Part shown: positions 24,857 through 38,133 of the stretch, in pieces | How positions within the stretch are numbered: position 1 is the first letter of the stretch | Layout of the letters: each line of letters starts with the position of its first letter | NCBI GenBank assembly: GCA_002189035.1 | Contig: NEEC01000020.1 | Location: forward strand, 744,001 to 808,000 | Length of the DNA stretch: 64,000 nt | DNA from: Utricularia gibba | Lineage: Eukaryota > Plantae > Magnoliophyta | Direction of reading: 5' to 3' | The notes under the pieces: generated by a model | Told to the model about the DNA's origin: nothing | Seen by the model: only the letters and a program-made list of their open reading frames with translations | Databases searched by the model: none | Position numbers and translations under genes: made by a program

Positions 24857-26091
24857 CACAGCGAGCCTACATGCCGTAGAAGCAAATGAGCAGCTCATCA
24901 CTCACATTTGACAGTGGATCATGATGCATCGTGTAAAAGGTAATATCCAATTTTGCCTTTCCGACATGCAGTTTGAACGTCCAATGAAGCTACGATATTC
25001 AGAAGCAAGGAGAAAAGTGCTTAATCGCATCCAATTTGACATGAATCCATGCAAATCTGGACCAGTTACCAGGTATTCAAAAAGACGAGCTTAATCTAGG
25101 GCGACGGCCGGGAAAACTAGAACTGCAGGACCTACCGATCCCGCGGCGGCGCAAAGACTTACCGAATCGGAACCCGCTGCTCCGGGGGAAGCAAAATTTC
25201 ACGCCATTTGACTCGGGAACGGAAACAAGGGTTTCCTGGGTGTGGATACCGATTCTCCAGACAGCGAACTGTACGCCATTTGTGCCGTGGGGTTGCTATG
25301 TACGGCTACGCCAGGCACGTGCATCGCAATTGCAGACTGACCTTTTTTCTTCCTCCACTCCCGGAAACACCATCACCAGAACTTCATGCCCCGGAAAACG
25401 TCACGTTCACGCCTTTGCCTGAGCTTGTCTTCCTCCACACGGAAGACCCATCTGGTTTAGCTCTGAACTTGAAGGATCGTGGACCCAGTCCCATGTTCTC
25501 AAGTTTCACTTCTGGTTAATGGCCTGGTATGCACCATTCCCCTGTTGCGACTGCGATTTGGGAAGCAAGAACCAGAAAGCCTTCGGGGAGCAGAATGGCC
25601 GCCGTCTGCGATTCCCAATTTTTTGAGAATGACGATGTTGAAAAATGCTAAATTCTAGTTGAGAGAGAGATGATGATCTTTAGAATTAACTCGTTGAGTT
25701 TTGTGGCATTGCCCAGATGTTGATAAAAGGATGGATGCGGAATCCATAGACAGCATGACAAGACTTCCTAAGCTTCATTAGATGATCTGTTGCAATCCTA
25801 AAGGAGAGAACAACAAAACACAGAGTGTCACTCCTCAGAGTACTAATCTGATATGCAAACTACTTCCTTTTGCAGCTGCAGATTGCCTGCTTACTCTCAG
25901 AACAATCAAACCAACCACAGCCTGTTTTGTAAGAAAGCTTGCTCAAGTAATATGCTTTACAGGGGAATGTCAAAATGTGCAGTTGAGTCCTTCTGCAGCC
26001 GAAGATCCAGCTCCTTGTATACTAAGAAATTCTTCAGCCTTTTTGAAAATGGGAGCTGAATCAAGAACCTTCTTCTCTACTCAGCTTTCGA

Positions 26092-29000
26092 TCAGGAAAA
26101 GGATGAAACTTGCTGCTGTGCCGTGGGATTAACAGGCACTAGGAACTTTTTGGCAGTTTGTTCTTTTGTTATCCCGATTTCCTTGCATACTCTGTCAAGA
26201 ACTGCAAGGAAGTCTCTCACAACCATGAAAATTCTGAAAGGATGAGCCTCTTCCTTTGCTGAATTCCCATGGAAGTATTCAGTTATTTCCTTCACTAGAG
26301 ACAGCGCAAGGCGTTCTTGAGCTTGGACCCTTGAGATATCCTCTTCGGCCTTCTTCATGAAGCTGTTCATGGAATCACAGAACTTGCGGCTGTTGCTTCC
26401 ATCTGGGGAGGATGCAGAGATGAGTCTCACCACTTCGTGTATGCTTCCAAGCCCTCTGGACAGCTTGAAGAGATCACCACTGAGAACTTCTGAATCCATG
26501 GTGGCAGCTTTCTTCACATTAGATAGCTCTGAACTGAGGCCGAAAATAACCTGCAGGCCATTGTCTTTGCACTTGGCTTCATGATCAGAAACACGAGCTC
26601 CTTCCATTCGAATGATCTCCTGAACAACAAAGTGAAGAAGAGTTGTCTTGCCATCAGCTCCCTTGACATCAACAAGCTTGAGTAGAGTGTCCAGCTTGAA
26701 AGCATGCGCATCGCCTCGATTCGTTCCAACATTCATCCGGTTTCCGGTCTTCAACACAGCTTCAAGAATTTTGAGGAACATTCTGCTGGTTCTCAACTCA
26801 TCACAAGCAGCCTGTTTCAACAAAAACCACCCTCTCAGGAGTCATCAAAGTATGCATCCAAGGCCACTCAGTTTCCATTTTTCATTAGAACAACAATGGC
26901 GATCGGTTCCATCACCAGTTATGATTGCTTAAAGAGCAGAATATGCATGGCTTACAGGAATTCTCAAGGAAAACATATTCAGGAAAAGCTATCAAGAGTA
27001 CCTCCAGTGTTGAGCATGACTTTCTGAGGTACTCAACTTCAGACTCAAAGTTGGAAACATAAATCATTGCCTCAGCTCTTTTGAAGGCATATGGTATATC
27101 AATAACTGCCTTCAGAAACCTCTCAGCAGCCCCAAGCTTGCTAGGAGAAGAAGCATCATTATACTCTTTCAGTTTCCGCTCTTCTTCCTTAGTCGGGGCC
27201 ATCTTCAGTAAACCCTCAAGAAGCTCAGTTCCAAGGGTCTCCACATTGCCTGGTTTCAAGTGCAATATGAATTAGAAAAGCAGTGTAAATTTGAAAACAT
27301 AGAAATGGGGAAGACCAATAGAAAAACTACCTTCCACAAGGCCTTCACAGACTTCTTCTACAGTCACATTGAGTGCCCTCATCAAAATTGCAATGTTCTG
27401 TGCCTTCTTAGGATCAAGAACACTGTTTCCAGTCTCTCCCACAGGTGAAGGAATGACCTGCCATCTTGTGGGCTTCTTGGGAGCCACAGTTGGGGCATTC
27501 GCAACGAAAAGTGACTCTATCATTTCTTCATTCAATCTGCATTATCATGGAGCAAGAAAATCAGATTTGAATGTAGGAAAACATTGCCAGTGAAGCTTGA
27601 AAAAAGTTCTGAACTTTAGTGATCATACTTGAATGAGCTGCACTTGAGTTCATCCCAGACCATTTTCCGATCGGAACTAGCGCGCACTTTGTCCCAGTGC
27701 AGTGGCTTCAGCTTTGGTTTATGGAAAAGTTGTTCATCTCTGGCCGTGGCTTCAGTTGGGAGCTCCATGACTTTCTCTGGTGATTCATGCTTGAAATTTT
27801 TCTCGACAGCTTCACGGCCATTAGAGGAAATCTCCACAGACAATGAGCTTTCAACAGCATTGCGGTTCAGGGCAGGCGCTTTTTCCCGGAGGAACTCGGT
27901 TACCTTGAAGGGCGGAGGGGGCGGCGGTGGGGGCAGAACGGGGAATGCAGGGGGAGTTCGCGGCCGCGGTGATGGAGAAACAGAGGGGTTCGCAGGCGGA
28001 GATGAACTCCTTGAAACTCTAGGCGATAATTCATCGCTTCGCCTGGAATATCCACCGGGAGAGGATGAGCTGGGAGGCGAAGGGGAAGGAGATTCTTGAG
28101 ACGCCACAGCTCGAGATGGAGGTATTTGACGGTGCAGCCGCGCGATATTTTGAATTTCGATCAGCTCAGGCGATTTGGGCATCGGGTTTCTGGGAATGGG
28201 ATTGTGTTCCGGCGAGAAGGTCAGCGAACCTGACCTTTCCGGGGAGCCTGAAACCGATTCGGAAGCTGTGGTTGTGGAGTAAATGGAGGAGGAATTCGAA
28301 GTGCACGCGTTGAAACTCTCCACTCGAAAACCGGAAAAAGCCCTCCTGGAAGATGATCCCGTTTCTATGTTATTCTTGATGCCGTTCACGGAGCCTTTTG
28401 GAGAATAAAACTCTTCGTCCTCATCATCTTTACCGCTCGCCGCATCCACATTGCTCCGGTAATTTCTGCGGGTGCTTTTCCGCGGGTTCAAAGGCGGCAA
28501 GGGTTGAATCTCCGGCGACTCCATTATTCGGGAATGGGCATCATCGTTCAGTGCGCCATTGCCTCCGGCGAAGGCAAAACCACCGCCTCCGCCGTGCGGA
28601 TTCACCAAAGTCCCCAAGTATAAAAGCTCGGAGCTAGTCTGCGAAGGCCTAAGAAGCTTCGGAACCGGTCGCCGGTCCGGAGGTCGGTGAGGCGAAATCT
28701 CACCAGATCTTCGAGTTTTAACCTGCTCCAACGACGGCGATCCATCACCCCCGCTACTCCTCCGCACTTGCAGAAACACAGCGACACAAACCACGACCAC
28801 AGCAGCAACAACTGCTGCAATGGCCGCCGCGATGAGCTTCGGGGACGGGGATCCTGCCGCCGGCGAGTGCGGGAGAGCGAGCGAGGATATGTTAGCCGGG
28901 AACGAGACGAATGTTGCCGGCAACGGCGGCGGCGGTGTGGATGGGAAAAACGGAATGTTGTTGTCAGGTTGAGTATCAGAGGAAGGAAATGGGTAAAGCG

Positions 29001-29127
29001 GCGGCGGTGGTGAAAGAGCCGGCGGCAGTGTCTCCCCGGAGAAAAAGGGCTGGTGGAGAACGCGGCGGTTAGCGACGGTGGACTGCAAACTCAGGAAGAA
29101 GACAAGAACGGCGGCGGAAGTTGGCAT
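26092..29127 (-). CDS. Class I formin (signal peptide, TM helix, FH1 polyproline, FH2)
   Basis: Exons 29127-27629, 27536-27331, 27249-27002 and 26811-26092 encode RRVLHQPFF, a TM helix ([21 protein letters not shown]), [20 protein letters not shown] and [24 protein letters not shown]. It is FH1/FH2-like. Confidence 0.93.
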
Positions 29128-32100
29128 TTTAATCGCCGGTTTGCACGAACGGTAATGAATGCGAAGGGAACTAAACGGAAACCTCTTTTCTTACCCATCA
29201 AATATTAAAATTAATTCCTAATAATTTTTTTATTATAATAATTTGATACTCTCAATATTACAAAAGTAAAACATCTAAATATCCAGCTATCAAATGTAAT
29301 AATTGCATTAAAAATGTCCATGTTTTCATAAAATAGGTAAAATCTAAACTCATTTTAATAAAGAATAAACATAATTTATTGAAATGATTATATCTAATTT
29401 GTAAAGGTTTTAATTTTTCATTGTATTGTAGTAAAATAAAAAATTTATATTTGTTTCAAAAATTATTAAAATTTATTGAATATATATTTTTAGTAGTTGA
29501 TTTGATAAATTATTCAACTTATGTTTCATAGATAAAATAAAAAATTAATTGAAAAATATAATATATATTTTTCATTTATTCTAAAAAATATTTATACCAT
29601 AACATTAAATTATACAATAATTTAATATATTAAGCTTTATAATATATATTTTTTATTTAATTAAAATTTTAAATATGATTTTTATATTATTTTAAGTAAT
29701 GTTTTATAAAATTTTTGAATCATATTTATACCTTTTAAAAATTAAAAATAATTTTATTCTACAACTACTTTTGTAAAAATAAAGAATAAATTACTTCAAT
29801 TATTATTTTTACTTTCTAAAATAATTTTTAAAAAAAGTAAAAATAAATTTAAAAAATTTTCCAAAAATTTACTTTACAAATTACATTTAGAATGTTAAAC
29901 TAATTTTATTCCTATATTCATAAAATTAATTTTATTTACATAGTCTAAAACACAGTTTTGAATTATAGAAGATACCTTAAATGTTCATGAAATTTTCACC
30001 ATTGTCCAACTTTACATTTTGGGATGAATTCACCATATAGAACAAAGCTAGTGGGAGGCGGCTACTGATTGAGTTGGGTACGTTTCAAAATAGCAATTAT
30101 ATCAACACAATTATCATAGGTCTTGGACAATTATAATAGCATAATGTACCATGATTAAAATACATCATAATCCATTTGACAATTGACTTGAGTTAGAATC
30201 AAAACAATATCTTCGATATTTCAAATTAAACATAATAAAATAATTTTGTTTGCTAATTTTCAGTTGTCTTATTTCGTTCATAATAAATTTGGGTTTTGAC
30301 ATACATGGTGTTTTGTGTTACTTATAAGTTATTTTAAGTAATTATAATTTACTAATAGCTTATATGAGTATTTTATTTAATACTTAAAAATGATTTTAAA
30401 AAAATGTTTGTAATTTAGTGATAAATTAATTTTAAAATAAAAAAAACTTGATTATTTATCTTTTCAAACCAATTGAATTTTTATAATTACCAAATGTTCA
30501 TATTTATTATATCTATTTTTAAATTCAAAAAGTTGTATTTAGGCTAATGTTATCATATGGTCCATTTACTCTCCTTCCACGTATGTCAAATAGCTAGTAT
30601 TTTTTATTTATAGTATTATGTTTAAAGTATTTTAGTATTAATTTTATTGATGAAAATATATTTATATCAAATAATAGTCATTTGTAATCTAAAGAATCAA
30701 AGTGTTTATATTTATTTAAATATATTTTAAAATCATAATATGTTAATACGTTTTTATTAAATAAAAATATTTATATTTAATATTACTTAATAATAAAAGG
30801 GTAAAATACTATTTAACTTAAAAAATAAGTTGATATTCAAACTCTATCAATTTAATTTTACAATTTTTGACATATCTTCCAAATTAAATGCTATGTACTT
30901 ATAATTGACCTATAATTTCATTAATTTTAAAGTAAATTATAATAAAATTAATACAAACCTCATAACCATCCTGTATGAAGATAGAGAGGCGTTAAGAGAT
31001 CGGTTTTGAGTTGGGTCGGGTCGTCAGTGTTCGATCCGAATCAAATAAAAACGGTTTAATACAGTAATTATTTTATTCTAGTAGAGAAATAAAACACAAT
31101 TTATCCTACAAAATAAATAAAAAATAGCATTATTATATATTTTAAATAATCACAGGAAACAAAAAGAAACGATAATATTTCCCAAACCGGTCCACTGCCA
31201 CGACCGGGGGGTGGAATCATGAAAAGCTGCACAGACTGTGGTTAAGACAAGGCGCCCGTGGAGTGAATGATCCAACGGTCACTGGGCCCACTGCTGGAGT
31301 TATTTATTGCATTCGGATTTTCGTTAATTATTTTAATATATGTAAAAAAGACACGTGATTTCGCCAATCCGACACGTGAGGGGAGAAATCAGACAGCAGG
31401 GCTCCAAACTGGTGACGTGTCCTCTTCCCCTTGTCCACGTTACCCACTGCTTCTATATTTGAGAATGCGAATGAATCATTTTCAAAAACATCCATCACTC
31501 CATTTGGCAGTCCATATTTAGTAAATTAATTTAATTATATTCTTTAAAAGTTTGCTTCTAAATATCAAATTTATTTTTCATTATATCCTAAATATTACTT
31601 TATTTTGTAATAAGAAGTTGTGCTTCAAATTATAGAAAATAGAATCGTTTAAAATTATAAAATTGTTTTATGAAAACTATAAAATTTAATAAAATAAAAA
31701 TTTATATTATAAATTTTAATAATTTAAATTATTATGTAATTTTCATATTATGATATAAATATATTTTAAAATAAAAAAAAATGAATAATCTAATTTTTAT
31801 AATTAATTTCTAATTTAATCACTAAAAAATTCAATAATTTGATTACATAATCTGCATTTTACTAACTACTTCAAAAAATTATTACTACAAATCAGATCCT
31901 ATATGTTAAAGTATAATATAATTTTAAATATATTAATAACATTTATATATCAAATATATTTTTAATTAATAATATAATACATATTCATCTAAATATAAAT
32001 AATCTAAATTCCGAACATTTTGTAATCATTGTTTTAACATGATTCCCAAATGTTAACAGAATCATAAAACAAATCAAAATTAAGTTTTAAAAAAGCAAAA

Positions 32101-32968
32101 AACATGGATGGAACATGGTGAGAGGACATTAGTGTTTGTTTGTATCATCATGGTGCATGAACAAAGACAAAAACAGATGGAGCTCCCTGCACTGCACGTC
32201 TTCTTTGAAGACACCATGGGAACGAGACCAGATCCACACGTGACGCTTATCATGTCATAAATCCGTCATCTTTGACAGCGCCTGAGTGAGTACATGCCAA
32301 GTATATTCGATAACTAGCTGACGATCAGAGGCCATTTGGACGATGATGATTCTGCTCATATTCTGGGAGTTTTTTTTGTGGAGAAGACGGTTCACTGTAC
32401 ATACAAGTGATCTCTCTCCAGATACTGTGCATTGGGAAGAAGTAGCATTTGTTGAAATAACACGTTATTAATTGAAAGTCATTTCAATTAGTTTATATGG
32501 CAAGTCAATTTATTAACTTTAATGGGTACGAGAGTGAACTAGATCCCATATGTATGCAGTATTTTAATTTATTAGATTGGATTAGACTATTGAAAGATTT
32601 CGAAATCCAAAAAAACTATGCATAGGGGATGCAAACCCAATTCAAAAACCTTTCATCTGTGTGCAACCCAACTCTAATATCAAAAAAGTAGTTCTCTAAA
32701 AGCTTAAATCTTGGAGAATAGATAAATCATTTACACTGTTTTACGTATCAGAGATATTTGATCTTTTATTCTTCTATGTGTTCAATTTACGACAACAATT
32801 ACTAAAACTTGGTTGTTCTCTGGTATGAAGAGAAAAAATGGGGGAGGTGCTGCTCTCTGGGGTTCTTCATTAATTAGTAGTTACATGTGTGCTAGGGAAA
32901 TGAGAATCAAGAAACCCCCACAAACGTGTGGAGGAAGGAAAATGTTACTCTTGGAGATTGGTTGATCA

Positions 32969-34633
32969 TCAAAGCATCCATCTTGGAGAAGAAGTATGAA
33001 CAGCGTTTTGCTGTGGTCTGATCTGCCACGCCATGTTGTTCCTCTTCTTCATGATAGAGGAGACCGTGGGGCTGAAGTAGTCGTGAGAAGCTGTGCCCTG
33101 TGAGTGCACTTTACGGCTCGGAGTGAAACTCCGGTGCTTTTCCGGCAATGCGCCTCGAGCAACTGAGCATCTCTGCACCGGTGCCCATCTTGGGTAGTTC
33201 CCACAGCTCTGGCTTCTTCTCACATTGTGAACCTTTCCCGGACCGGGGCTTGGGAAATTGCGGCTCTCAGCTGTTTCAGCAGAGTACATGGTGGTTTCAC
33301 CTTCACTGTTGTATCCCTGTGGGAGCTCTGAAGTATCAGCTGGTGAAGAAGTTGATCGCATGTCATTCTGGGCTCCGTTTACCGACTCTGTGGACTCAGC
33401 ATGGCCGGATGGTTCACCGTCACATGATTCCGATAGCTCTTCCCGGCGTCTGGGCAGCACTTTCCTTGATTGTTTCGCTGATGATGATGATGATGATGAT
33501 GCATCACCAGGCTTAGGAAGCATGCTTGCTGGAGAATTGACATCCAGATGCTGAACTCGGGTCGGTATCGCCATCGCCATCGCTGCTTTCTTCCCTACCG
33601 GAGTCGAAATCAACTCCGGTGATCCATACATCTCAGGAGTTGGGATACCAGAAACATGTCTCCTATCCACACTTACTGCTTCCTCTTCCAAAGCATTCAA
33701 AACAGGGAAACTTGCTCCAGAGCTGTCTTCTGTTCTGCAAATTGTGTTGCAAAATGCAGGTCCCCCTTCGTTTTCGCCTTCTATCGGCTTGAAAACTCGC
33801 CTCATTGTAAATGATGCGCAAGACAACTCATTCTTTGACATCAGCCGCTTCAAAGGTACCTTTGGTTTGCAAAGTTCATCAAGATTGCCCTCCCAGTGCT
33901 GGTTTAACCAGTCAAGAATGATGGGGATAGGGATCCCAAACTGCATTGAGAGATCCCTTTTGCAAGATTTAGGCGAGGATGAAGATGAGGAGCAAGATCT
34001 GGTATTGGGAGATTTCGCAAGCTTCATGGGATCACAGACCATGAATGCAAGATTCCCATTGGAATCAAAACCAGCAGAACCAGGGCTCCATATCACACCT
34101 TCAGTTGATAACTTGATCAAGTTATCAGTAGCAACAACTACTTTCCCTTCCCCAACTCCCAACTCCTGCTTCTCTGAATATCCCAGAAGATACACAACGC
34201 TTCCCAGCTCAAGATTTGCCTTTGAGCATGATTTCAGGTAATGCAAATGGTGATTCGAATCCCCTTCCACTACATCAACCCCCACAACTGTGAGATCTAA
34301 CACAGAACTCGTGATGAAGAACCTGAATGGAATCGAACGGCCAATGAGTAGCCGTAGAGCATTGAATAAATTCACCCGTTAACGAACTTACCTGTGAGGG
34401 AAAAGGCAAGCAGAAGCGCCGCTGAGGAGTCGGATCTCGGCGGTTTCAGCCGCGGCAGTTGAGGGTAAACTGGCGTGGGTAGTGAGTAGCAGATTCCGGT
34501 GAATCAGAAACCCCGTGGAAACACCGCCTACTCTCGCCATTGCCGGAGATTTCCCTGCAAAAATTGCAGCTTTCATCTTCTCCGACTTGCCCCCGCCATT
34601 GCAGAAACACCAAGACTCCCGCAAAACCCCCAT
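32969..34633 (-). CDS. Plant-specific uncharacterised protein with N-terminal trypsin-like fold and Ser-rich disordered C-terminus
   Basis: Exons 34633-34392 and 34322-32969 flank a 69-nt GT-AG intron. Motifs are GTGFLI-like STGFLIHRNLLLTTH, VLDLTVVG and WSPGSAGFD. Confidence 0.85.
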
Positions 34634-35040
34634 CCCGGTCGACAGCTACCAGTCCTCCAACACGCAGTCCTGGATCAAAAACCAAAACCCATTTTCAAAT
34701 CCGGAACTCGACATAAAGCATCCGGCGAAAGAAGGCATTAAAGTTTGGAGGAGAGGAATGTGAACTATGGACAAAACAATGGGGTTCAATTGCATTATGG
34801 AGCAGCTATGACTTTTGTTAAAGCAGAACTACTGTTGTTTTCAGGGACTACAGTTGTAAATATGAGAAATTTGAGGCTTGGTTTTTTATTTTTGTTAAAC
34901 CCCTATGTTTTAAGAAAATACAAAACGACCCCACCATTCACCGGCTAAAGGACGGTAACCCAACGGCTTCGACTCCAGCTTCCACCCCACGAAGAAAACA
35001 GCCACAGCCTCATCGGAGGATTTTCGAAACCGAACTCAGA

Positions 35041-36771
35041 ATGGATGATTATACCAGAGAAATGATGGATTTGAAGACGCTCGTGACTCGTACATTGGAG
35101 AAGAAGGGCGTCCTTGCCAGGATCCGCGTTCGTATACCTTATTCCTCTGAATTTACTGCATTTTCTATGAAGACTGTGTTTCTTCTACGTCCACGTGTTT
35201 ATCTCATGCTCCGGCGGTATGTCGCCGGTTAATTTGCTCAGTTCACGACGGTGATTTGGTGGATCTTTTAATTTTGGTTCATTAGATTTTCTTTTGCATT
35301 TTCCTGCGGAGTAGATTCCTGAAGTTAGCGTCAATTAAGAAAGTACGCTTTGAGTAATGGGAATTGCGAATTGGAGTCTTCATTTCATTTCAGTTTACCA
35401 GAGAAATTGCGCTCTCGTTGCCGGTGCATTGTCATCTGCTAAATTTCTTGATATAGTGAATTTTGTAACTGGAACTTCTCTGCACTAACAGGCCGAGTTA
35501 CGAGCCAGCGTTTTTGAAGCGATTGAGGAGGAGGATAGGGTATTAGAGAAGGAAGAAGGTCTTCCTCCTGCGCTTTTGGGGAGCTGCAATGCCCGTGCAA
35601 AGCAACTTCACAACTCCCCATCAGGAAATTCTCATTTTACAAGTTTTTGTGTGGTTGAATACGATGTGTAGATCAAAAACATATTGGATTGTTTAGAGAT
35701 TCTGGGAAAGTATTACTTGGTCGCGTGTTATGTACATTTATGCTCATGTTTCGCCCCTAACATTAGATGCCTAATTTCAGGAAGGCTTCTCACTGCATTG
35801 ATATCTGAATATTTGGATTGGGCACAGTTAAATCACACCCTGAAAGTCTATCTTCCAGAATGCAATTTGGTATCTATCTATTCCAAGCTATAGTTTTGCG
35901 AGGTTTTGGCTCTGACTAATTTATTCGTAGCACTTACTGTAACGTGTTTGTGCTTCCTTAACCAGGCAAAGGATTCATGGAAAACTGAGTTAAAAGAATT
36001 TAGCAGCAAGAATGGATATGACCTTAATCGAAGTTCAGAGGGTGGGCCTCTGCTCTTGGATGTGCTTGAGGGTTTCTTGAAGTACGAGGTCTGCTTCTAT
36101 GATAATCCATGCTTTGTCACTGAAAGTTTCAAATCATTCCCTCAGGAAATCCATAGATATCCATGTGAGGGAACTCTATATGAAGAAGCAGTTCGAGTTT
36201 TTCGCATGCTTACTCTAATATGTTACACCTGCCAGCTGATATGAGTATGGCTGTTGGTTGCTCTCGTATTGTTGTTCATCCAGGCTCTGTTTTGTTGGCT
36301 GATGTCTTGTTGTAGAACTTATCGCAAGGAAGGGGTGGTAGCAACAGAAGATCAAGTCCCATAGATTCTGATTCTCTAGCAAACTTCGAATCTCGAACCA
36401 ATAGAAGACCTTCATCTTCGTCCATTGCTGGGGGCTTGCCTCCCCTTGGAAGGTAAATCCATTACTACTGCCCCTCTGGTCTCTCCAGATTTTATCCTAT
36501 CAGTTCTTGATGTGGTAATCTCTTGCAGGCCTATGCCAGTCTTACAGCTACCCGGTGCGTAGTAATGCAGGCTGAATTTATTTCCTGTTGAAATACCTCT
36601 ATCTTTTTAAATACTTCCCCTCATGTTTCAGATAGAAGAGCTGGATCATCTGCAACTGGATACAGGAAAGACGACTACAATTGGCGCGGTGAGAGTGACG
36701 AGTTTTCTGAAGATGTAGGTCGTGCATCAAGTGGATTAGAGAACCTGCAGCTGGAAAAAAAACCCCGTTGA
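35041..36771 (+). CDS. TON1: TONNEAU1 (FOP/LisH microtubule-organising protein)
   Basis: Seven exons (35041-35127, 35492-35624, 35781-35869, 35966-36088, 36316-36452, 36529-36554, 36632-36771) give MDDYTREMMDLKTLVTRTLEKKGVLARIRAELRASVF, EYLDWAQLNHTLKVY, PLLLDVLEGFLKYE and LENLQL. The intron 2 donor is anomalous. Confidence 0.95.
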
Positions 36772-38133
36772 TCAGATGCTAGAGGTTCTCCTTTTTATTC
36801 TATCAGCTTGCTTATCTGACAACCGTGTAAAATGCAGAAGCTTTGTTCTCATCCCACGCCTACAATGTAGTTTCAGGTGCAAAGGCAATCGAAGATCGGA
36901 GATGGGATGCATTGGAAGGTGGAAACTCCGATCACAGGATGAGTGAACGAACAAAAGGTAGTTTGTTTATTCGGATCTTGTAAGTTCAAAAACGATTCTC
37001 ATGTTGGCATTCGGCATTGCTGCTTTCATGTAACCATAGCTTCTGGCAAGTGTTCAAACAAGTAGTTGTTTCATGTTTCTGAGCTTTCCACTTCACTCCC
37101 ATACTCAGACTCAATCCAACCATTATAATGTCATGATCTATGTCTACATTATATAATATTGTATGTTTCGAATATTCAATTTTTACATTTATATCTTTTT
37201 TTTACATTTTGTTTGTATTCTCATGGGATCATCAATTCTCACTTTACACCAAGTAAAGCACATTTAATTTTGAAATTTCTATCAAGGATCTTTTGATGTA
37301 TTGAAAAAAATGTCTCATTACATTTGATATTAAAATCAAACTAGAGTGCATAATTAATGATGAAATGAGGGTACATTTAACAAGAACATTGAGTATCTAA
37401 GAAGAATAGAATATAAGTTTATAAATCTTGTGACGGTTTCCTATGTCAGTTACGGATGGGGAATAAGATAAAATTAACTAGAATGACAATGTAAATTTTA
37501 TATAAGGTTTTTTTTCTCAATACGGTTAAGTATTTTTGACATAAACTCCAAAATTAAACATATTTAACCAAAGGTATAGTAAAAATGGATGATTATCTAG
37601 AAATTTAGACCAAATGCAAGAAAAATATGAAATAATAAAAATTAAATATTTAAAACGAATAATATCATGTAAGACATATACAAATCGTTATACTATAAAC
37701 CTGATATAATACTTGTCAAAGGAACGAAGTGGTTGGATCGATAGAGAAGGAAATTCAACTGATCCATTTCGATTGAATTCCAAGATATCAGATAGCAATC
37801 TGACTATTAGTTTAGTATCTTGGTGGTCTGAGTTAGGAACATCACCAGGTTGAGGGGTTGAAAGGGCACATCTGAATTTGATGTGGGGGACATGTAGAAT
37901 TTCTAAAAGATGAGGGACTTTGAGTGCAAATTTGAGTGAGAAACTTTAGCCCGAGTTGTCCGAATTCATTACCACTATTTTCCCCTCAAATCTCGTTGGT
38001 CTTTTTCCTCGGGCCCCTTTTCCTTTTCTACTACATCTTCTGCTGCTTTTTTCCCCTTTTTCTCTGAAGACTCAAAATACCCATCTCCTGCTACTCACCA
38101 GCACCGGACGACTCGCAATCAAGGAATTGGCAA

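Noticed and set aside
27629-29013. Many overlapping ORFs of 60-160 aa on both strands over the formin and other GC-rich exons
   Set aside because: They are expected shadow ORFs of GC-rich coding sequence and carry no independent motifs.
32178-32197. 20-mer whose reverse complement matches miR319 at 15/20 positions
   Set aside because: No complementary arm at precursor distance, and the mismatches fall in the 5' region, so it is neither a credible MIR gene nor a target.
32379-32420. TGGAGAAG...CTCTCCA hairpin resembling the start of miR164
   Set aside because: Only 42 nt, heavily bulged, and the similarity ends after 8 nt.
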